From NCBI GenBank assembly GCA_964016885.1, contig OZ024740.1:402318001-402382000 (forward strand): a DNA stretch of 64,000 nucleotides. The letters are read 5' to 3'. This DNA is from Eledone cirrhosa (taxonomy: Eukaryota). Numbering within the stretch: the first letter of the stretch is position 1; every line of letters starts with the position of its first letter. Under the pieces are notes generated by a model, which was not told the DNA's origin, did no database searches, and saw only the letters and a program-made list of their open reading frames with translations. The position numbers were made by a program, and so were the translations under genes. Below, in pieces: positions 13,401 to 23,686 of this stretch.

Positions 13401-13820
13401 GCCCACTAACACTAAAGAGCGGGACGTTCCAAGAAAGGTCTCCAGACGCCGGAAGAAATCAGGCCGCCCTGCTCCTGTCGGGGCATAGACGGCCACTAGC
13501 CTGAAAGCTTGCCCGTCTCCGCTGGTCACGTCCAGCACCACCAGCTTACCCTCCGTGTCCAGGAAGATGGCCCGTATGGCGAGATCCAAACCTCTCCGAA
13601 AAAGCACAGCAACTCCTCCACCCGATCCAGGACGGCTGGGAGATGCGTACACATCGTAGCCGCCGAAGATCGGTGCGAAGGCCCGTGCTTCGGAGATTCT
13701 GGTCTCGCTGATGGCCACTACATCTATGTTTAGTGACCTGAGGTCGTTGAGCAGGTGACCCTGCTTCCATGACGACCCCAAGCCACGCGCATTTATGCTG
13801 CCTATTCTGAGTGAGGTCAT
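10407..13820 (-). CDS. LINE ORF2: APE endonuclease, reverse transcriptase and C-terminal CCHC finger (1137 aa)
   Basis: SINARG, ISET, VYAP, GDWN, YLDR and TDH (APE). PGLDG, FRPITLLN, DQSKAFDRV, RQGCPLS and YADD (RT). CPRCAQGDETVLHALVQC (finger). Confidence 0.95.
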   Translation of the reverse strand: MTSLRIGSINARGLGSSWKQGHLLNDLRSLNIDVVAISETRISEARAFAPIFGGYDVYASPSRPGSGGGVAVLFRRGLDLAIRAIFLDTEGKLVVLDVTSGDGQAFRLVAVYAPTGAGRPDFFRRLETFLGTSRSLVLVGDWNGILDARWDCVGLADSGGGCKSLTNLLRRFELSDRYRLDFPNVPMWTWTNRIGSSISYLDRVFCREIDRSSIGCPQFKIVSYTDHKFVICVLDLDRLHRRGPGYWKLNASLPARKAYRDRISELVKRAWTGAIVNNKWWFALKRAIRIESIRFSKALAIEKNRAEGELVRKLDEALSKGIATDVLAAKLTLDQFFNAKHEGCVVRARVRALRHEGTKAVQWARVVEARRGNKATIRSLVDHDGHMLLDPGQMCEAFQRHFAQLFGGSGGPGRGMDFSVYLDGLPRLSATEAKCCEKPITAAEVREAMTGCTRGKSPGLDGLPYELYVQMPDFFGGLLADVYCNWQQNGRIPSSVSRGAVALLRKDPNKGDNIENFRPITLLNTEFKILAKVLAKRLVLVVGGLVGEAQTCAIPDRSIHYNLHLMRYIVERVARETGTGGSLINLDQSKAFDRVDHRYLAAVLRAAGFEPVFRGWIAAMHSDICSVVRVNGHLSEPFNIMRSVRQGCPLSSLLYVLTLEPLLHKLETLRGVPRELGCGRSVSAYADDVTVVVSNAKHIEAIGTTLREYEAVTGAMINQEKSVGLQLGTWRGRSMSSNSVVGRWTDGPVKLVWFCPDLQTDKNWDEVTSRVASLTQKWAERKLSLKGRAEVANAYIASVICYRLTVVPCPKPRLTTLERLLVRFLWKGRAPMVRRSICCQHPLRGGLGMPWLMMRRHALRLRHLHIFLDGDQVWSPFARHVFPQLVSLTELQSWVKRRPRGSAWRLECLQALTALDQSGNVIGGNSTSAFYRGLVEGKSDDVLGETLGVDENQLANLFGRTFGPGPMDNFQKSLAWQCYRGALPVRDKLYRHGGAVSRACPRCAQGDETVLHALVQCPSIADLWVYVEHLLSRLGRIRLSSESIVRIAPPSSFSREGQAVFICLVAMAKEIVWWTRLKGLKTSTYHFGDALIDFFKFHLKRKIRVEREVLSSQHFVERWVREARMARVNGPTLSIYL

Positions 13821-14203
13821 GTTTAAAATAGAGTGGAAAAGATGGGAAAGACCACTTACCGTACTTTTGGTAGAGGAGGGTTGGTTTTTACATCCCTTTT
13901 CACTTGATCGTCTGGTGAAGGGACCGTTGAATCGTCCCTTCGGCTGGTCGTCGGCTCTTCTAAGAGAATGTCTGAATATACTTTTCGATTGATGGGGTCT
14001 CCTAGGTCCCTGAAATCACCAACTGCGTTGGGGAATTTCGTTTTAATGTTTCTGTATTGTTTCTGTGCTATTTTTAGCAGTCTTATGTTAGTTGGCGTTT
14101 TGATTGGTGCTGGTATTATGTAGTCCTGTTGTGAAATGTCTGTGTGTTCAATTATGTAAGTCATTAGTTTCTTGTTGTGTGTATTTATTGCCGTGCATTT
14201 GTT

Positions 14204-15958
14204 TTACTGGGGGTGGGGTGTGGTTCTGCTATTTTCTTGTCGTTGTTGCTGGGTGTGTGTGTTTTGTTGTTGTGTTTGCGATGTTGGTGCTTGTGGTGGT
14301 GGTGTTGAAGGTGTTGTTGGCGGTGGGGTTGTCGCCGGTGGTGATGGTGGTGCTAGTGTTGGTGGTGATGGTGTTGGTGGTGTTGCTGCTGTGGGTCTCT
14401 TTGCAGTAGACTTTACCCTTTTCTCATTTCTTTCCTCCCTTTTCAAAGGCGACGATGCGCTGCTTCTGCGTTTGTGCCTTCTTACGACATTTTGCCATCC
14501 CTCTCCCACCTCACACTCCATGTCTGATTCTGTGAGGTCGGGGAGGGGTACCAGCTCCACTCTTTCACTTGTTGTTGTTGGTGATGTTTGCACTGGAGTC
14601 TCTGTTGCAGCTGCATTTGGTATTGCTGTTGTTGTTGTTAATATTTCCACTGCTGCTGCTGTTTTTGATTTCCGTGGAGTGGGTATGGGTGCCACGGACC
14701 TATCGTTCCTGGTTGCCGCTTGTCCTGTTGCTGGTAGCCGTGGAGCCAGATTTGGAAGGAGGGGGGTTTTCTCCTTTCTCAGGGTCTTCTCGTTGCAGAA
14801 GGCCCTGAGGTGAGTCTTCGATCCACAGCGAAAGCATTTCGGGCGTTTGCCCTCAACACTTATGGGCAGTTGAGTGCCGTTATCGAAGTCTATCACATCC
14901 GGGATAGCTTCGATGCACTCCTGGTTGGTTTGGATTAGCATCTCAATGGAGGTGCCTACCCAATCTTCTCTTACTTTTTTCTGTACTTGCAGTACAGTTG
15001 TTTTGTCCTCGATTCCGACGAGGACAGACGCGGCCAGCCAAGAAGGGGCCATTCCGGGGGGGACGTGGGTCAGTTTGACCCTCACAATTTTTTGCCCGCA
15101 GTAGGAGGGCACCAACACCATTTCCTCGCTCTTTAGGGTCACTAATGATTGGGCCTTTGCTTCCTGGGGTGTGGCAAAAAGTACGTCTACGGTGGCATAT
15201 TTCTTGCCTCGGGTGATGTGCGTTTTCCGCTGCCACACAGACCCCAAGGCTTTTTGTATCTGAGCCTCTGTGGCTCTTTCCACCCTACGGGATTTTGTAC
15301 TTACTGTACGGTACGTGACCGTACAGTGCTGTTGGGTTTCGAAAAATTTTTCCGCTGCCTTGCAGATTGCTCGGTGTCCATTCTTTGTCACCATCTTCTT
15401 CGCTTCCTCTAATTCCTCATTTGTTATGAGGATTGTTTCCAAGTTTTTCGCAATGCCTGCAAATGAGATTGGTTTTTCTTTGCTGCTATTGTTGTTGTTG
15501 TCGTCAGAGCTGCTGTTACTTTTGTTGTTGCTGCAGGTACTACGACTACTGCCTCCGCCGCTGTTGCTGTGGTTGTTGTTGGTGTTGCTGCTGCTAATGC
15601 TGTTGTTGTATATGCTGCTGGTGATGCTGTTGCGGCTGCTACTGTTGTTTTCATTGTCACTGTTGCTGTTGTTATTACGGCTGCTACTGCTATTATTCCT
15701 GACGTCAGACGAATGAACTGGGTTTTCGTATTTCCCGCACACCTGTTTCGTCGTTGTCGTCGTCGTCGTGGAGAAACCTTGCACGCTTTGCACGAGACTT
15801 TTCTTTTCTTTCGTCACTTGCGAAAGAGAAGGGAGGGAGAGAGACACATTTAAAGAAGGGAGGGAGAGAGACAATCTTCTCTCTGCTGTAGTGATGATTG
15901 AGGAAGAAGAAGACGGAATGAGTGGGAGTGACGTATGAAATTTCTTTTTCGTAGCCAT
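14204..15958 (-). CDS. LINE ORF1, gag-like, with CX2CX4HX4C knuckle; continues in frame past one TAA to 13856
   Basis: CFRCGSKTHLRAFC, with Ser/Asn- and Pro/Thr-rich linkers. ORF 14164-13856 is in the same frame and homologous to 5529-5254. Confidence 0.85.
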   Translation of the reverse strand: MATKKKFHTSLPLIPSSSSSIITTAERRLSLSLPSLNVSLSLPSLSQVTKEKKSLVQSVQGFSTTTTTTTKQVCGKYENPVHSSDVRNNSSSSRNNNSNSDNENNSSSRNSITSSIYNNSISSSNTNNNHSNSGGGSSRSTCSNNKSNSSSDDNNNNSSKEKPISFAGIAKNLETILITNEELEEAKKMVTKNGHRAICKAAEKFFETQQHCTVTYRTVSTKSRRVERATEAQIQKALGSVWQRKTHITRGKKYATVDVLFATPQEAKAQSLVTLKSEEMVLVPSYCGQKIVRVKLTHVPPGMAPSWLAASVLVGIEDKTTVLQVQKKVREDWVGTSIEMLIQTNQECIEAIPDVIDFDNGTQLPISVEGKRPKCFRCGSKTHLRAFCNEKTLRKEKTPLLPNLAPRLPATGQAATRNDRSVAPIPTPRKSKTAAAVEILTTTTAIPNAAATETPVQTSPTTTSERVELVPLPDLTESDMECEVGEGWQNVVRRHKRRSSASSPLKREERNEKRVKSTAKRPTAATPPTPSPPTLAPPSPPATTPPPTTPSTPPPQAPTSQTQQQNTHTQQQRQENSRTTPHPQ

Positions 15959-16197
15959 GTTGTTTTTTGTTTAAAATGAATATTGGGTACAAAACCCCAA
16001 TAACTGGTTATTTAACCCCGAAGGGCCAAATAACGGACAGAAAGACCTCTCTCACGAGGAGGAGGGTGTCTTTATCAACAATTTGGTTCAAGTTTTAAAC
16101 AATTTACAATTGTTTTAACGGTTAAAAATTACTATACCTTACAGAGCCGAGCCTCCGTCAACCATGGCATTCAATAATAATAATAATAATAATAATA

Positions 16198-16564
16198 CAT
16201 TTAAAAAATTCAGCAAGTATAAGGACCTGGAGATAGAAATTGGAAAAATGTGGAAATTGAGAACTAAAACAATACCAGTGGTTGTAGGCGCTCTGGGAAT
16301 GATACCTAAGGGGTCTAATGATTACTTATCGCAAATCCCAGGAAACCCGCGTATAGGAGAAATACAAAAGATAGTACTAATGGGAAGTGCCCATATACTA
16401 AGGAAGATTCTGTCAATATAAGTACATCACAAGTCTAAACATTAAAGATGCATGTGTGAGTATGTATGTTCTTTCTTGAACATGGCGGACCTTGTTGTCT
16501 CTTGAGGTCACTGGTTGTGACTTGGTGATAACTCGTATGAACATAAAGCAAGATAAATGCAACT

Positions 16565-16565
<1 letters not shown>
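16198..16565 (+). mobile_element. 3' fragment of a second R4/Dong-type family (B)
   Basis: KKFSKYKDLEIEIGKMWKLRTKTIPVVVGALG...ILRKILSI* is an RLE C-terminus. Flanked by (AAT)n. Confidence 0.8.
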
Positions 16566-16601
<36 letters not shown>

Positions 16602-19600
16602 GAAGAAGAAGAAGAAGAATAGAACTGTTATGCAATGCTACCTGAAAAGTAACCCCAAGGAGAGGGGCTACAGGAGACGGATGCATAACATCTGGAACGA
16701 GATTGGTTTATTTAAATTAGATGAACAAAAATTGGCCGGGCAGGCTCGGGTAATAAGAACTAATGGGTGGATAAGCGAGCTGGAACTGGAGGAACTGAGC
16801 AGAGAGAATAGCTTGGAGATGGCGGGTGTAGTATGCCAGACAAGCGAGCCGGCGGGAAATGAAGGTGAGGAGGTCCTGAGAACGGAGGAACCACCCGAAG
16901 CAGACAATGATCTGAATACTGAGATAAATAATACCTGGAACAGAGATACGGCCACTGAGGAGATGAATGCTGACGGGCTAGGACAAGATTCGGTTGACAT
17001 CCTAAATTTAGTGGTAGATGAGTTGAACAATGATAGTGGGAGACCTATGAACCTAAGATTTGTAGACAGGAAAAAGTTAAAAGAAACAACAGCTAAGGTA
17101 AACAAAGTCATCCCATACCTTGAGGCGAGGAGTCTTCACCAGTGCAACAATATCCTCAAAGCAACAGCAAATACGGTGAGGAAACTACTTGGTATAAAAG
17201 CGAGAGGAAACAACAGACAAGAAAGAGCAGAGCCGTGGTGGAAGAAGCGACTGAGTGGGCAAATCGGGGAAATGAGAAATGACATAGGAAAGCTTGAGTC
17301 ACTACTGAATGGGACACTAAAAAACATAGGCACTAAAAATAGACTGGAAATAAAATACAAAACTAGGAGTAAAAAGCTAAATATTATCATAGAGGAATTG
17401 AAGCAACGCATTGTAGCAAAGAGTGCCAAAATCAGGCGATACGAGAACAGAGTCAGTCAGTATAAACAGAACCGCATGTTCGACAACAACCAGAAGATGC
17501 TGTTTGGACAGCTTGAGGGGAAAGAAAGAGGCAACGACTTGATCCCTGGGGCGGAACAAGCTAAAACATTCTGGAGAGGAATATGGGAGCAGGATGTTAG
17601 ACACAATGCCCAGGCAGGGTGGATTGAGACAGTACAGAGGGAGATCGGTGAGCAGGCACAGCAACAGACTGATTTGAGTATCACAGTTGAAACTCTTAAG
17701 GGGCAAGCCAAAAAACTAACCAACTGGAAATCACCAGGCCCAGATGGTGTGCAGGGGTATTGGATTAAACATTTAACATCCCTCCACCCGAAGCTGACGG
17801 CCATGTTCAATGACTGCTTGGTGTCGGGTGAGGTGCCAGAGTGGTTGACAAAAGGTACCACAGTTCTGATAATGAAAGACCGAATCAAGGGTAATGATGT
17901 TACCAACTATAGACCTATCACATGTCTGCCCGTAATGTGGAAACTGTTGACGAGCATTGTGTCTGAGGAAATCTACCATCACCTCCACACAAACAACTTG
18001 TTGCCGGACGAACAGAAAGGATGCCGAAAGAAGTCACGTGGTACAAAGGACCAGTTGCTTATTGATAAGATGGTAATGGGGAATTGCAGGAGGAGACACA
18101 CTGATCTTGCCATGGGATGGATAGACTACAGAAAGGCATTTGACATGGTGCCTCATTCCTGGATCACCAAAAGCCTGGAGATCTTCAGGGTGGCAGATAA
18201 CATCAGACAGTTGCTGGGCAGGAGTATGGGGTCCTGGGAGACAGAGTTGACATCAACTGGAGTATCCTTGGGAAGCGTGAAGATCAAGAGAGGTATCTTC
18301 CAGGGAGATAGCCTGTCCCCTCTGTTGTTTGTCCTTGCCCTGATGCCCTTGACCATTATGCTGCGAAAAGTGAGAGCAGGATACAAGTTGGGAAGGGGAG
18401 AGCTTACCATCAATCACCTCCTCTTCATGGACGATCTTAAGCTCTTCGGGAAAAGTGAGAAGGAGTTGGATGTGCTTGTTGACACTGTCCGTATTTTCAG
18501 CAGTGATATATGTATGCAGTTTGGTATTGGTAAATGTGGAGTCATTGTGATGAGGAGGGGTAGGTTGAGCAGAAGTAACGGGATCCAGATACCAACAGGT
18601 GAGATGATAAAGGAAATTGACTCTGAGGAAGGATACAAGTATTTGGGCGTTCTGGAGGCTGATGGCATAAAGAACAAAAAAATGAAGGAATTGTTAAGAA
18701 CTGAATACATTCGGAGAGTAAGGAGCGTATTGAAGTCACATCTGAACAGCAGAAATGCCATAAGCGCAGTAAATTCCCGAGCTGTGTCTATTATTAGGTA
18801 CAGTGCGGGAATTCTGAGATGGAATGTTGCTGAACAAAAAGAAATGGATAGGAAGACTAGGAAGCTATTGACTATCTACAACATGTTCCACAAGAGGAGT
18901 GATGTCGATAGACTCTACCTAAGGAGATCTGAGGGTGGAAGAGGTCTTATCAGCATAGAGGACTGTGTTCAGATGGAGAAAAACAACCTATACAAATACG
19001 TGACCTATAGTAAGGAGCCAATGCTCAGAGCTGTACTGAAGGAGGGGACAGTAGGCCAGGGGATATCCAAGGAGGAAATAACATCAAGGAGGAAGAGCAG
19101 CCTTAAGGGAAAATCCCTTCATAGTACCTTCTTTGAGAAAACTGAATTTAGAGATCCACAGACATGGAACTGGTTGAGAAGAGGAGACCTCAAAAAGGCT
19201 ACAGAAGGAATGCTAATGGCTGCGCAGGAGCAGGCCCTCAAAACGAAGTGGTTGAAGCACCATATCTACAAGGAGGAGGCTAGCCCACTGTGCAGGATCT
19301 GTGGAGAGAGAGAGGAGACTGTGGCTCACATTGTGTCCGAGTGTAAACACCTAGCCCAGACCCACTATAAGGGCTGGAGACACGATGTGATGGGCAGGGT
19401 GATCCACTGGCACCTGTGCAAAGTAAACAATCTACCACATTCTGAGAAATGGTATGAGCATAGGCCAGAGGCGGTGATGGAGAACAGTCAGGTGAAGGTG
19501 CTGTGGGATTTTAGGATACAGACGGACAAAAAACTGGAACACAATAGACCTGACCTGGTGGTTGTGGACAAAGAAAAAAGATCGTGCCTGATTGTGGATG

Positions 19601-19863
19601 TGGCCTGCCCGTTCGACACGAGAGTGCAAGAGAAGGAGAGGGAGAAAATTAACCGATACCAGGACCTAAAGTGGGAGGTGAAAAGGATTTGGAACTGCCC
19701 TGAAGTCAAAGTGATCCCGATTGTCATAGGCGCACTGGGGACTATCTCCAAAAGTTTCCAGGGATGGTTAAAGAAAATCGGCCCCTTCACGCTTTTTGGA
19801 ACGCTTCAAAAGGCATGCTTGCTTGGAACGGCAAGAACCCTCCGATACGTCCTGAATATCTGA
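16492..19863 (+). CDS. RT, CCHC and PD-(D/E)xK restriction-like endonuclease polyprotein (native sequence starts near 16615)
   Basis: VMQCYLKSNPKERGYRRRM N-terminal motif, RT motifs with LFMDD, CRICGEREETVAHIVSEC, RHD, RPDLVVVD..DVACP and KINRYQDL. The first ~40 codons come from flanking sequence and microsatellite. Confidence 0.9.
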
Positions 19864-19938
19864 GGCTGCAGGTAGTGGCTTGATATTCAATCCAACGGAC
19901 TTTCCAGTTAACCAACATCAATGACTGAGATTCAAGGA
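16610..19938 (+). mobile_element. R4/Dong-type RLE LINE (family A), slightly 5'-truncated, open ORF
   Basis: Single long ORF, a short 3'UTR matching 10056-10130, and (AAT)n on both flanks. Confidence 0.92.
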
Positions 19939-19949
19939 ATAACAATAAC

Positions 19950-20042
<93 letters not shown>

Positions 20043-20051
20043 AAGAAGAAG

Positions 20052-20082
<31 letters not shown>

Positions 20083-20120
20083 GCAACAACAGCAACAACA
20101 ACAACAACAACAACAATAAC
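19939..20120 (+). repeat. Compound (AAT)n(AAG)n(AAC)n microsatellite
   Basis: Directly visible. Confidence 0.95.
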
Positions 20121-20311
20121 GAGATGAAAATAGAAGAAATATCATATGAGCTCATTCCCCTCACACAAACACACAAATTTTCTTAGACTGATTCGAAGAA
20201 GAAGAAGATCAATGACAAGTATAAGAAAAAGAAAAAGAAAAAGAAGAAGAAATATAACAAGATGAAAACAGAAGACACATCAAAAAGTATTGTAAAAGAA
20301 AGCTTAAGTCT

Positions 20312-20384
20312 TGGAAAATCCGGGTATCGATCTCTGTACCTCTAGTATGCAAAGCGAGCGCTCGCTCATCTGAGCTAATTCCCT
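20312..20384 (-). pseudogene. tRNA-Ala-like pseudogene (anticodon TGC)
   Basis: Reverse complement GGGAATTAGCTCAGATGAGCGAGCGCTCGCTTTGCATACTAGAGGTACAGAGATCGATACCCGGATTTTCCA resembles animal tRNA-Ala (GGGGAATTAGCTCA...GATCGATGCCCGCATTCTCCA) with mismatched stems. A partial second copy is at ~20854-20868. Confidence 0.7.
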
Positions 20385-20737
20385 TACGCAAATTGCAAAA
20401 TTATATACATCTATATCGTGAATGACATACGGTGATCGTGGATTAATTCTATTTCTCTGGTTAGTTAAAATTAATACATAATTCTCCCTACTAACAGATT
20501 TGACAATGATTGTAAGTTTGATATTATGTATTTTCTTAGACTGATTCGATGTCTATGTATTTTGTATTGTGAGATTTGTTTTTATAACGGCGCGATTTTC
20601 AAGCTGTTCGAATTTTACGAATATTTTGTGATTATTTAAATCGATTATACCGGACAGTTAACCCCAAAAGAAGATCACGTGATGCTGCTGGAATCAAGAA
20701 GAAGAAGAAGAAGAAGAAGAAGAAGAAGAAGAAGAAG

Positions 20738-20783
<46 letters not shown>

Positions 20784-20938
20784 GCTACAACAGCTACAAC
20801 AAGAGGAATATATAAGAAACATCAAAAAGTATTGTAAAATAAAGCTTAAGTGTTGGAGAATCCGGGCATATTTAACACAGTCGATAGAACAAATCATGGA
20901 CGAAATAGAATTTGTCTGAGACTGTTCTTGCCATTTGC

Positions 20939-21107
<169 letters not shown>

Positions 21108-21111
<4 letters not shown>

Positions 21112-21752
21112 TAAAATTAGTCCTTCATCAGTGATCTTCCAACCTTCATTGGTATTTCATCGCTTTAAAGATCATATACCTCTGGTTGGTGCGAGCAATA
21201 ACTAAAGAAAGTTATTGGGACACGTAAAATAGCGAGCGAGACATGTAAACAAGCATGTAAACAAACATACGTGTCTCAATAATTTTTTTTTTCACTTATT
21301 GTTCGCACCAACCAGAGGTATAGCCAGTCACTCTCTCTCAGCTGGCCCCTTCCTCACCTGTTCACTCACTCACTCACTGCTTCTCCCCGTCTCTCACTTC
21401 CTCCTGTTTAACCTGTGCGAAATCCTTTTCTCGCTCACATCTCGCCCAGGTCGGATGATCTTTACCTCTCGTCTATGGTTTCACCGAGCTTAAGTTCATA
21501 GATATCACGGACTTGTCTCTTCTCTTCCTCTCTTTCCGTTGCATTACCATCTATGTTTGTTCACATGTCTCGCTCGCTTCACCCTATTTTACGTGTCCCA
21601 ATAACTTTATTAGTTATTGCTCGTACCAACCAACCAGAGGTATATGATCTTTAAAGCGATAAAATACCAATGAAGGTTGGAAAATCACTGATGAAGGACT
21701 AATTTTATTCATATGTAACCCATGTGCAACCACGCAGCACGCCATTTTTCTT
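21108..21752. repeat. Inverted-repeat element between (TA)n tracts; family members at 41075-41270 and (diverged) 22165-22300
   Basis: 21108-21250 is the reverse complement of ~21560-21712. Shared core TCCTTCATCAGTGAT...CGCTTTAAAGATCATATACC. Confidence 0.75.
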
Positions 21753-21811
21753 ATATATATATATATAAGAGAGTATTGAAGTTTACTTGAAGCATTATGG
21801 AATAATAAAAA

Positions 21812-22150
21812 ATTTGGTCGTTTTGGAAGCCTCAATAATGTAGATGGGTAAATATCCGCGTAACAGAATCCGGTGGTGAGAGAGGAACGTAGGAAAGAGC
21901 GTAAAAATAAAAATAATAACACGAGATAGAGTTAACTTAGAACAATTAAATCTCTCCCAAGGTAACTCGTGTTATTATTTCTATATTTACGCTCGTGTTA
22001 TTATTTTTATATTTACGCTCTTTCCTACGTTCCTCTACACACTATACATCTCATTCTAGATTTCCTCTTACATCTCTCTCTTTACCAACGGATTCTGTTA
22101 CCCGGAGATTTACCTATCTGCATTGTTGAGGCTTCCGTAACGACCAAATT
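21812..22150. repeat. Imperfect fold-back element
   Basis: AATTTGGTCGTT..GAAGCCTCAATAATG..TAACAGAATCC..AGAGGAACGTAGGAAAGAGCG is mirrored at 21995-22150. Confidence 0.7.
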
Positions 22151-22701
22151 ATATATATATATCATAAAATGGAGTGGGAATAAGAAGAAAGCAATAACGG
22201 GGGGGGGGGGGGGGTCCTCATCAGTTGTCGTCTGGATGTCTCGGATATTTCTACGCTTTAAAGACAAGATATCGACCACCCAGGGCGTCAATAACTGGAT
22301 AAGATTTTGGGAAAACAGAGGAGAGGGGGAAGGAAAACAAAAGGGAAGAAAAGAGAAAACAGTGAAAAAACCGCGAAAACAGTGAAAAAACCGCGAAAAC
22401 AAACAACAAACCGAGCAATGTGCGAGCAACTTAAGGTAAGAAAATCCAAGACCACACGATAAGACAAGTTCAAGACTGAGTGATCGAGAGAAAAAAGACA
22501 ACAACAATAACAAGATGAAAATAAAAGAAAGCATGAAAAAAATAAATTACCCACTTACCTATACCTGACTTCTGTTTTTATTGTTCAAACACATATATGT
22601 ATCTATTTATCTATCTATGCGTCTGTATATATCTATCTATAGATACACATTCACAAACATACACACCTATATATATATATATATGTATATATGTATATAT
22701 G

Positions 22702-22792
<91 letters not shown>

Positions 22793-22817
22793 ATATATAT
22801 ATGTGTGTATATATATG

Positions 22818-22848
<31 letters not shown>

Positions 22849-22895
22849 GTATATATATATGTATATATATATGTATATATATATATATGTATATA

Positions 22896-22959
<64 letters not shown>

Positions 22960-23029
22960 CATACATATATACATATATACATATATATATATGTGTGTAT
23001 GTATATATGTATATATGGATATATATATA

Positions 23030-23095
<66 letters not shown>

Positions 23096-23422
23096 CTTCT
23101 ATCAGTGCATTATGAATCTAATATAAGCAACAAACCTGGGCTATAATCATTCCTGGGAGGGAAGCAATAAAACTACAACAAATACGACCCAGCTGAATGA
23201 AACGACTTCGAGATACCGGGCGAATAAGACGGAAGCTATTAGTAGGCGGAGACTGATAGATATTTAACTCTTTGGACAAAGGATATTATTCACTCTAACA
23301 AATACAGATCGATATACATCATTACTGTAGTTGCGATCATTAAAAGAGCGACAATGAAAATAATATTTAGTACGTACATATAATCATATATGCTCACACA
23401 CACTCACACATAATGCACACAG

Positions 23423-23541
<119 letters not shown>

Positions 23542-23650
23542 TGTATGTACATGCGAAGAAAATGAGAGAGAGATAAATATACGCCAACACACACATAAAC
23601 ACATGCACATATTTTTATATTACTAAACATATATATACTTACATATATTG

Positions 23651-23686
<36 letters not shown>

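Larger units (their letters stand above)
10157..16172 (-). mobile_element. Full-length L1-clade/Tx1-like LINE, copy 2 (ORF2 open)
   Basis: 5'UTR, ORF1, ORF2 and a 3'UTR with AATAAA just before (ATT)n. (AAT)n on both flanks. Confidence 0.93.

Noticed and set aside
11422-15853. Antisense ORFs within the LINEs
   Set aside because: They are shadow frames of GC-richer or low-complexity coding sequence with no motifs.
16492-16614. N-terminal MLSLEV...NNNKKK of the 1123-aa ORF as a native start
   Set aside because: It derives from the upstream fragment's 3'UTR and the (AAT)n(AAG)n tract, and the start codon is TTG.
1-19938. Telomeric retrotransposon array, or one composite Tx1+Dong element duplicated in tandem
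   Set aside because: No (TTAGGG)n is present. Truncation points and 5' cassettes differ between units, which indicates independent insertions.
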